Assembly: GCA_024679065.1 (NCBI GenBank)
Contig: JAGIQG010000008.1
Coordinates: forward strand, 30,382,001 to 30,442,000
Length of the DNA: 60,000 nucleotides
Source: Sphyrna mokarran
Taxonomy: Eukaryota
Direction: 5' to 3'
The translations under genes were made by a program, and so were the position numbers. A model generated the notes under the pieces. That model had not been told where the DNA came from and did not search any database. It saw only the letters and a program-made list of their open reading frames with translations. This document shows positions 53,801 to 60,000 of this stretch, in pieces (within the stretch, counting starts at the first letter, position 1; each line of letters starts with the position of its first letter).

Positions 53801-55634
53801 TCCAAAAAGCATTTGATAAAGTGCCTCACAAAAGATTGTTAAGGTACAGGGAGTTGGGGGTAGGGTGTTAGACTGGATAGAGGATTGATTGTCTAATAGG
53901 AAGCAGAGGGTAGGTATTAATGGGTGCTATTCTGATTGGCAGCTAGTGACTAGTGGAGTGCCCCAAGGTTTGGTGCTGGGGCCTCAACTATTTACCATTT
54001 ACATAGATGATCTGGAGGAAGGGGCTGAGTGCAGGGTGACAAAATTTGCTGATGACACGAAGATGAGTGGAAAAGCAAACTGCGTGGAGGGTGTGGAAAG
54101 CCTGCAGAGGGATCTGGACAGGTTGAGTGAGTGGGCGAGGACCTGGCAGATGGAGTATAATGTTAGCAAATGTGAGGTTATCCACTTTGGTAAGAATAAT
54201 GGTAGGAAGGATTACTATTTAAATGCAGCATGCGACGGTGCAGAGGGACCTGGGAGTCCTTGTGCACAAATCACAAAAGCACAGTATGCAGGTGAAGCAG
54301 GTGATAAAGAAGGCGAATGCAATGTTGGTCTTTATAGCAAGGGGGTTAGAATATAAAAGTAGGGAGGTTCTGTTGCAGATGTATAGAGTGCTGGTGAAGC
54401 CGCAGCTGGAGTACTGTGTGCAGTTTTGGTCGCGGCATTCCAGGAAGGATATATTGGCCTTAGAGGGGGTGCAGAGAAGGTTTACTAGGCTGATACCAGA
54501 GATGAGGGCATTGGATTATGAGGAGATCCTGAATAGGCTAGGTTTGTACTCATTGGAGTTTAGAAGGCTAAGAGGGGATCTTATAGAAATGTATAAGATA
54601 ATGAAGGGGATGGATAGGATAGAGGTTGAGAGACTCTTCCCGCTTAGCAAAGATAGCAGGACTAGACGGCACAGCCTCAAGATTAGGGGTGGGGGGCAGT
54701 TCAGATCAGAGTTGCGGAGGTGTTTCTTCATGCAGAGGGTGGTGAATCTTTGGAATTCTCTGCCTGAAGAGGTGGTGGAGGCTTCCTCACTGAATATGTT
54801 CAAGTCAAGGGTGGATAGGTTTTTAAATGACAAGGGAATTAAGGGTTACGGGGAGAAAGCAGGAAAGTGGTACTGAACCACTACAGATCAGCCATGATCT
54901 TATTGAATGGCGGGGCAGGCTCGAGGAGCTGTGTGGCCTACTCCTAGTCCTATTTCTTATGTTCTTATGTTAACTTGAGTGTCGCAGGATGGCACGGTGA
55001 CACAGTGGTTAGCACTGCTGCCTCACACAGCCAGGAACCTAGGCTCAATTCCTGGCTTGGGTCACATTGTGAAGCACATATTTTCCGTGCCCCTGCGTGG
55101 GTTTCCTTCAGTTTCCTCCCACAGTCCAAAAAACATGCTGGTTACGTACGTTGACCATGTTAAATTCTCCCTCAGTGTACCCAAACAGGCGCCGGAGTGT
55201 CAATTTGGGTATTTTCACAGTAATTTCATTGCAGTATTAATGTAAGCCTACTTGTGACCTAATAAATAAATAGAAGCCATTCTCATTTTAATGTAGTTCT
55301 CTCTTACTTCCACCTAACTAAGTGGTCTCCCCTTTTGATGTACGTCCAGAGAAATTACAATTAAGGCTTCAATAACATGTGCACTGAGCTACATAGAGCT
55401 CAAATAAAGCAGCAACAGGACAATAAAATACACTGCATTAAAATAAAATTACTTACTGGGAATGGCTCCTGCCAACTTGCTCCAACAATTGAAGGCCTGA
55501 TAATAGCAATATTCAAATCCCCACTCTCCTGTTGGACCACATACTCTGCAAGTGCCTTTGTGTAGGTGTATGTGTTTGGCCGGTCTCCTATCAGTTTGGG
55601 GGTGATATCTTGGATCATACTTTCATCCATCCAC
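8724..55634 (-). CDS. FAR2: Fatty acyl-CoA reductase (FAR1/FAR2 family, FAR2-like), 5'-partial; join of 8 exons: 55634-55457, 44667-44623, 38205-38087, 36137-36070, 25394-25223, 22226-22097, 12433-12306, 8886-8724
   Basis: The exons splice in frame (178+45+119+68+172+130+128+163 = 1003 nt) and every junction is GT-AG. The protein has the PNTYTYTK (YxxxK) catalytic motif, [27 protein letters not shown] and the C-terminus ...[15 protein letters not shown]. The FAR2 versus FAR1 call rests on remembered diagnostic residues and is less certain than the family call. Confidence 0.93.
9153..9697 (+). mobile_element. Probable solo LTR
   Basis: TGTT...AACA termini, two ATTGG (CCAAT) boxes, a TATA-like gataaaag and AGTAAA near the 3' end; TSD not clear. 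Confidence 0.4.
10825..11010 (-). mobile_element. tRNA-derived SINE (HE1-like), partial
   Basis: tgtgggaggaaactagagcactcggaggaaa...gaacccaggtccctggcgctg. Confidence 0.75.
12306..12433 (-). CDS. FAR2: FAR coding exon (128 nt): [43 protein letters not shown]
   Basis: Acceptor cttcttttgcag, donor gtgagt; contains the [14 protein letters not shown] motif. Confidence 0.96.
13730..14040 (-). mobile_element. tRNA-derived SINE (HE1-like), diverged
   Basis: tgtgggaggaaaccggagcacccggagaaaacccacgca core. Confidence 0.7.
14268..15715 (-). mobile_element. CR1-clade LINE fragment (RT)
   Basis: [62 protein letters not shown]. Confidence 0.92.
15995..16140 (+). mobile_element. Rex1/Babar-type LINE fragment
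   Basis: Translates [15 protein letters not shown]...[12 protein letters not shown]. Confidence 0.55.
17355..17580 (+). mobile_element. Rex1/Babar-type LINE 3' end
   Basis: Translates [29 protein letters not shown]...[14 protein letters not shown]. Confidence 0.7.
19463..19770 (+). mobile_element. tRNA-derived SINE with tail type B (ttttcacagtaactt...cttgtgacactaataaa)
   Basis: Head gtggcacagtggtt...ttcaattcc plus tail B. Confidence 0.82.
20404..20643 (+). mobile_element. Young CR1 3' end, copy 1
   Basis: [17 protein letters not shown]... and a (ttctatg)n tail; 1 mismatch against copy 2. Confidence 0.9.
20655..21100 (+). mobile_element. 3' end of a second PLE family (pyrimidine-rich UTR plus degenerate hammerhead)
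   Basis: agct-ttgacaa-agggtcacctggactt-gaaa-cttt-agct followed by gatgctgccagacctactgagatt...ttcagaatccagcatctacag. Confidence 0.6.
21488..21630 (-). mobile_element. 3' end of the same second PLE family in the opposite orientation
   Basis: Reverse-complement similarity to 20960-21100 (cagatgctggaatctgaaac...ctcagcaggt...gatgaccctt). Confidence 0.55.
21785..22076 (+). mobile_element. tRNA-derived SINE with tail type B, ending ~20 nt from a FAR splice donor
   Basis: ggcatggtggcaca...ttagcactgctgcctcacag; tail cttcattgcagtgttaatggaagcctacttgtg. Confidence 0.82.
22097..22226 (-). CDS. FAR2: FAR coding exon (130 nt): [43 protein letters not shown]
   Basis: Acceptor ttgcag, donor gtaagc; matches ORF 22028..22225. 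Confidence 0.96.
22316..22990. mobile_element. MITE-like non-autonomous DNA transposon (~675 bp)
   Basis: Imperfect terminal inverted repeats GGAG(G)CGATTCTACC / GGGAGAATTGCTCC; GC-rich non-coding interior. Confidence 0.55.
23655..23730 (+). mobile_element. Short PLE pLTR remnant with an 11-bp fold-back
   Basis: ATTCATCAGGT-cttc-ACCTGATGAAT followed by gagctccaaaagcttgtgatttcaagtagacctgttggactataacc. Confidence 0.6.
23810..24650 (+). mobile_element. CR1 LINE 3' fragment
   Basis: [11 protein letters not shown]...RRMRGDL..., RTRGHSLKI, and a cctactcctgctcctatt tail. Confidence 0.85.
25223..25394 (-). CDS. FAR2: FAR coding exon (172 nt): [58 protein letters not shown]
   Basis: Acceptor cttcctcatcctag, donor gtaagt; start of the FAR_C (male-sterility) domain. 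Confidence 0.96.
27020..27890 (+). mobile_element. Decayed CR1 LINE fragment interrupted by a SINE
   Basis: Remnants of FDKV.HRRL, GV.QGSVL, DDTK and KANRTLAFI. Confidence 0.7.
27140..27326 (-). mobile_element. tRNA-derived SINE (third family)
   Basis: Minus-strand head ttagctcatttggctgga...gggttcaattcctg (A and B boxes), then cctgaggtgtggtgatcctcaggttaaatcacca. Confidence 0.6.
27905..28895 (-). mobile_element. Decayed LINE (CR1/L2 superfamily) 3' portion with a gggcaataaat-type tail
   Basis: [50 protein letters not shown]. Confidence 0.8.
28997..29024. repeat. (TA)n microsatellite
   Basis: tatatataatatatatatatatatatat. Confidence 0.9.
31638..31952 (+). mobile_element. tRNA-derived SINE with tail type A (gggccaaatggcctc...gggattctatg)
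   Basis: Head, body and CR1-like tail all present. Confidence 0.82.
32340..32663 (-). mobile_element. tRNA-derived SINE with tail type A
   Basis: Reverse complement of the same consensus. Confidence 0.8.
34530..34810 (+). mobile_element. Young CR1 3' end, copy 2
   Basis: [11 protein letters not shown]...[15 protein letters not shown] and a (ttctatg)n tail. Confidence 0.9.
35534..35820 (-). mobile_element. tRNA-derived SINE with tail type A
   Basis: tagaatcatagaattcctac...ctaaccactgtgccacca. Confidence 0.8.
36070..36137 (-). CDS. FAR2: FAR coding exon (68 nt): [22 protein letters not shown]
   Basis: Acceptor ttttttttacag, donor gtaaga; contains the YNCTTG..NP..W motif. Confidence 0.95.
38087..38205 (-). 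CDS. FAR2: FAR coding exon (119 nt): [40 protein letters not shown]
   Basis: Acceptor catgcag, donor gtgaga; contains the ADLIPVD motif. Confidence 0.96.
39370..39920 (+). mobile_element. Highly decayed L2-type LINE RT fragment
   Basis: FIIYML..L and [10 protein letters not shown] (YADD-like) remnants. Confidence 0.45.
40560..40875 (+). mobile_element. SacSINE1/DeuSINE-like SINE
   Basis: ctagtggtatt...taatccagaaactcagctaatgttct...ctggttcactaatg...agggaag...gcctacatgtgactccag; tail gggatgggcaataaat. Confidence 0.7.
42690..42975 (+). mobile_element. tRNA-derived SINE with tail type A
   Basis: gcagcacagtggttaacactgct...gggttcgactcc; tail gggctgaatggcctccttctgtactg. Confidence 0.82.
43415..43580 (-). 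mobile_element. SINE 3' half with tail type B
   Basis: cacaagtaggcttacattaccactgcaatgaagtt...tgggaggaaactgg. Confidence 0.75.
44623..44667 (-). CDS. FAR2: FAR coding exon (45 nt): [15 protein letters not shown]
   Basis: Acceptor aaatag, donor gtatgt; peptide is highly conserved in FARs; phase 0-0. Confidence 0.95.
45355..45700 (+). mobile_element. SacSINE1/DeuSINE-like SINE
   Basis: Same consensus as 40560-40875. Confidence 0.7.
46360..46465. repeat. C/T-rich ~19-bp minisatellite
   Basis: ccttgccattctcctccc x2 and cctcactgttcccctcccg x2. Confidence 0.75.
47352..47655 (+). mobile_element. tRNA-derived SINE with tail type A
   Basis: catggtggcacaatggttag...gggctaaatggcctccttc...gggattct. Confidence 0.78.
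51985..52960 (+). mobile_element. Old CR1 LINE 3' remnant
   Basis: [20 protein letters not shown] and VETET..TFK remnants. Confidence 0.7.
53331..54971 (+). mobile_element. CR1-clade LINE, 5'-truncated ORF2 (RT) plus 3' tail
   Basis: [49 protein letters not shown] and KFADDTK across several frameshifts; ends in (ttcttatg)n. Confidence 0.93.
54989..55271 (+). mobile_element. tRNA-derived SINE with tail type B
   Basis: ggcacggtgacacagtggttagcactgctgcctcac; tail attttcacagtaatttcattgcagtattaatgtaagcctacttgtgacctaataaa. Confidence 0.82.
55457..55634 (-). CDS. FAR2: FAR coding exon (178 nt): [59 protein letters not shown]
   Basis: Acceptor tttttcccag, donor gtaagt; contains the YxxxK catalytic motif. 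Confidence 0.96.
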
Positions 55635-56030
55635 CTGGGAAAAAGCAACAGACTCATTAAACAGATGAGTGATTGCTATGAAAAGGTTAATTATGTAAGA
55701 TAACAGGATTCCTGGAAATGATTAGGCAACACAGACTAATTAAATAAAAAAGGTAATGTAGAGGATTGAACAAGGTACATCCTGAATTTCTTATCCTCTC
55801 AGTGATTGTGACAGCATACGCAACAGTACAACCAAAAAATAAACATTAGTGGAGACATGGGAGAGGTGACTTAAAGGCAAATGATCTCTGGGATAAAGTC
55901 TAAAACAGTGAGTAAAACAATTATCTTCAGTAAAGAGCATGCTACCAGTTCTTCTTTCTCTGCAGTTGGAAATGTACAGAACATCATTTGATGGATTTCA
56001 GACAAACAAAAATGTTGTGATTGTAGCAAA

Positions 56031-56342
56031 GTGGCACGGTGACACAGTGGTTAGCACAGCTGTCTCTCAGTGCCAGGGACCAAGGTTCGATTCCAGCTTC
56101 GGGTCACTGTCTATGCAGAGCTTACACGTTTTCCCCGTGTCTGCACAGGTTTCCTCTGGGTGCTCCAGTTTCCTCCCACACTCCAAAGATGTGCAGATTA
56201 GATTGATTGGCCATGATAAATTGGTATCAGGGGGACTGAGAGGGTAAATATGCAGGGTTATGGGGATTGAACCTGAATGGGATTGTTGTTGATGCAGGCT
56301 CAATGGGCCAAATAGCCTCCTTTGGCACTTCAGATTTTATGA
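56031..56342 (+). mobile_element. tRNA-derived SINE with tail type A
   Basis: gtggcacggtgacacagtggttagcac...ggttcgattcc; tail gggccaaatagcctcc. Confidence 0.82.
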
Positions 56343-56733
56343 AAGTTTAAATTTTCCAATGCAGCATAAACATCAGCCACCCAACCTTTTAGTGCCACCA
56401 TGAAAGTTCAGACTAATGTCTCTTGTTGTTGTCGTGACTCAAAGTGGCACCCAGCAATCTGGTCTCCAACAGATCACCAGGATTGCTGAACTCTGCCAGT
56501 GGAGTATCAATCTAATGTCCTCTTAGGGTAACAGCACTCATCCTCCTACCACTGCTTTGCCACGTGGGCCTTTGCTGTTTCCTGCTAGCGTGCCAGCCCA
56601 TCCTGGCTGAGCATTCTAAGGTCAGAGCTGCTAAAGGACATCCTAAAAGCCATCTGCAGACTCACCCAGTGAAAGTCACCAGCCTTCCAGCAGATGTGCC
56701 ATAGCCACAGTTAGCACTGGACCAGGAAAAGGC

Positions 56734-59387
56734 ATGATCGACACCGCATACTGCTGGATCCAAGCGGAGAGGATCTCCAAGAGGATTGCACATATCGACA
56801 CAGACATCAAGTTTCTACAGAGATGCAAGAAAGCAGACAGGATACCAAAGGGACTACAGATCACGAACCCACTCAGGTCAACCTATAACACAGACTACGC
56901 TGAAAGGCTTTGCCGTCGCACCTCTCTCACACTCCTCAATCACCTCATACACCAGCTCTATAGCAAACGCCGCACCCTGGAAGGTAAAATGGAATACATA
57001 TTCTCAACTTGCGCTCAGGACGCAGATCAGATGAGACAAAGAAACTACACCATTTACATGCACACCAAGAACAGGAAACTTGAAAAACTCGGCATCGCCA
57101 CCAGCAACAACCAAGTCTCCCTTGGCACCACAGCAGAAAACAACACTACCGCAGGGAGGTCCATTGTTAACCTGTCAGACTACACACTTCAATCAATCAG
57201 AGGAAATCGAAGTTCTCAGCCGAGGGCTCGATTTCTGGCCCACCACCAAAATGGACCCCATCAGTCTTGCAGCGGACACAGAGGAATTCATCAGGCGAAT
57301 GAGGCTGCGTGAGTTCTTCCACAAACCCCAAGAGGCCAATAGCAGACTCAATGAGATAGCTAATGAACCAGAACAGCCGACAGAGGGATCCACAGTGCAG
57401 CAACCAAAGAGGAATGAATCCAATTGGACTCCTCTGGAAGGCCACTGCCCCTGACTGGACATGTATGCCCAAGCCATCAGGAGATGCGTGAACACCAGAT
57501 TCATCAACCGCACTTACAAGACAGTCCCGAACATCACCCAAGCACAAAGCAAGGCTATCCGTGCTCTTAAGACCAACCGCAACATTGTCATCAAACCAGC
57601 AGACAAAGGGTGCGCCACCGTCATACTGAACAGAACGCACTACTGCGAAGAAGTGTACCGACAACTAAACAATGTGAAACACTACAGACAGTTACCAGCG
57701 GATCCGACCAAAGAACACACTCGTCAACTCAACACTCTGATCAAAACCTTTGATCCGGACCTTCAGAACACCCTCCGGACTCTCATTCCACGTACTCCCC
57801 ACATTGGAGATCTCTACTGCCTCCCAAAGATACACAAGGCAAACATACCTGGCAAACATCGTATCGGGCAATGGGACCCTGTGTGAGAACCTCTCCGGCT
57901 ATATCGAGGGCATCCTGAAACCCATTGTACAAAGAACCCCCAGCTTTTGTTTTGACACTACGGACTTCATACAGAAACTCAGCACACATGGAGCAGTTGA
58001 ACCAGGGACACTCCTTGTCACAATGGATGTCTCAGCGCTCTACACCAACATCCCCCACGATGATGGTATTGCTGCAACTGCCTCAGTACTCAATGCCAAC
58101 AACTGTCAGTTTCCAGATGCAATTTTACAACTCATCCGCTTCATCTTGGACCACAATGTCTTCACCTTCAACAATCAGCTTTTCATCCAGACACATGGAA
58201 CAGCCATGGGGACCAAATTTGCACCTCAGTATGCCAACATCTTCATGCACAGGTTCAAACAAGAGTTCTTCACTGCACGAGATCTTCAACCAAGGTTATA
58301 CACTAGATACATTGATGACATCTTTTTCCTTTGGACTCATGGTGAACAATCATTGAAACAACTGTATGATGATATCAACAAGTTCCATCACACCATCAGA
58401 CTCACCATGGACTATTCTCCAGAATCAGCTGCATTCTTGGACACACGCATCTCCATCAAGGACGGTCACCTCAGCACCTCACTGTACCGAAAACCGACAG
58501 ACAACCTCACAATGCTCCACTTCTCCAGCTTCCACCCAAGACACGTTAAAGAAGCCATTCCCTATGGACAAGCCCTCCGTATACATAGAATTTGCTCAGA
58601 TGAGGAGGATCGTGACAGACACCTCCAGACGCTGAAGGATGCCCTCGTGAGAACAGGATATGGCGCTCGACTCATCAATCGACAGTTCCAGCGTGCCACA
58701 GCGATAAACTGCACTGACCTCCTCAGAAGACGAACACGGGACAAGGTGGACAGAGTACCCTTTGTTGTCCAGTACTTTCCCGGAGCGGAGAAGCTACGAC
58801 ATCTTCTCCGGAGTCTTCAACATGTCATTGATGACGATGAACATCTCGCTAGGGCCATCCCCACCCCCCCACTTCTTGCTTTCAGACAACCGCACAACCT
58901 CAAACATATCATTGTTCGCAGCAAACTACCCAACCTTCAGGAGAACAGTGACCACAATACCACACAACCCTGCCACAGCAACCTCTGCAAGACATGCCAG
59001 ATCATAGACATGGACGACATCATCAAACGGGAGGATACCATTCACCAGGTAATGGTACATACTCTTGCAACTCGGCCAACATTGTCTACCTAATACGTTG
59101 CAAGAAAGGATGTCCCGAAGCATGGTACATTGGGGAGACCATGCAGACACTACGACAGCGCATGAATGAGCATCGCTCAACAATCACCAGGCAAAACAGT
59201 TCCCTTCCTGTGGGCGAACACTTCAGCAGTCATGGGCATTCGGCCTCCGACCTGCGGGTAAATGTTCTTCAAGGGGGCCTTCGTGATACACGACAGCGCA
59301 GAGTCACTGAGCAGAGACTGATAGCCAAGTTCAGCACACGAGGACGGTCTTAATAGGGATCTTGGCTTCATGACACACTATCTGTAA
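56734..59387 (+). pseudogene. Disrupted PLE RT + GIY-YIG ORF
   Basis: ORF pieces 56734-, 57080-, 57461-, 57750- and 58994- are linked by frameshifts (near 57195, 57855, 59050, 59340) and an in-frame TGA at 57452-57454. The ORF ends ...DGLNRDLGFMTHYL* at 59387. Confidence 0.88.
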
Positions 59388-59692
59388 CCCCCGTAACTTG
59401 CCTGGGTTAGCAAAAAACCTCACTTACTGTGCTGTCTGGAGAAAATACACAACTCTCTAACCAATGCTCAGGATTCCCTTCACACACATTGTTAGCCACT
59501 TTAACACTTGAATAGCAGGTTAGATGTAAGGATTCGCATTCTAATCAGCAACCTGTAACTGTCTGTGTGGATATGAGTGCCTCTGCAGATCAGAACACTG
59601 CATTTGCCTAACGAAGGCTGTAAAGTCGAAAGCTCGTGGAATTACTATCAAATAAATTGGTTGGATTTAAAATTGGTGTTGTAAAACTTCAC
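56735..59692 (+). mobile_element. Penelope-like retroelement (PLE, Neptune-type architecture), lacking the 5' pLTR, with a 13-bp TSD
   Basis: RT motifs VTMDVSALYTNI, GTAMGTKFAPQYANIFM and RYIDDIF; Cys linker PCHSNLCKTC; GIY-YIG endonuclease NIVYLIRC..C...YIGET..RMNEH. TSD CCAGGAAAAGGCA at 56722-56734 and 59693-59705. Confidence 0.95.
59603..59640 (+). ncRNA. Degenerate minimal type I hammerhead ribozyme in the PLE 3' pLTR
   Basis: tttgc-CTAACGA-aggctgtaaagtc-GAAA-gctc-gtgga; the core CUGA is mutated to CUAA. Confidence 0.6.
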
Positions 59693-60000
59693 CCAGGAAA
59701 AGGCACCATAGGACAGTCATTAAGGAATGTGCAGAGCTGCAGGCAATATTTAACATGGCCATTTTTGGGAGATCTAATGGATTAAGTTCTAGCTGGGCAT
59801 CAATCTACTTGCCATCAGACTTCCTGGCTCATGTGAGGGAAAGCATCCTGGTGTGGTGCTGACATCTCACTTCAGAGAGCTGCTGGCCAGCGAGGTACGG
59901 TAATGTAGCCCACAGCAGTGATTGAGAGGAAAATGTGAGTGGGTTCACCAGACCCAGACAGGGAGGCCTCAGAAAACAGGGATTGTTTTAAGTGTGGGGA

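Noticed and set aside
54989..55065. tRNA-like sequences at SINE heads, here and at the other copies
   Set aside because: They continue into SINE body and tail and do not form a full cloverleaf, so they are not tRNA genes.
57197..58635. Overlapping and antisense ORFs within the PLE
   Set aside because: They are shadow frames of the RT coding sequence.

Overview
This is repeat-rich vertebrate DNA. The SINE, LINE and Penelope repertoire points to an elasmobranch (shark); that assignment is an inference. The only host gene visible is the 3' two-thirds of a fatty acyl-CoA reductase (FAR1/FAR2 family, more FAR2-like) on the minus strand. I traced eight coding exons (55634 down to stop 8724, 1003 nt) with canonical GT-AG sites and consistent phases; its 5' exons lie beyond the window end. 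The introns hold many tRNA-derived SINEs, CR1/L2/Rex1 LINE fragments, MITE-like palindromic elements and probable solo LTRs. There is also a ~3 kb decayed Penelope-like element (RT + GIY-YIG) with a 13-bp target-site duplication. The most unusual signal is a set of Penelope-derived fold-back mini-elements carrying minimal hammerhead-ribozyme motifs. One has its own 13-bp TSD and an intact catalytic core, and in all three the fold-back point sits at or just 5' of the ribozyme core. Several cryptic or poison-exon candidates and a very young CR1 subfamily are also noted. Repeat boundaries were estimated by eye and are approximate.
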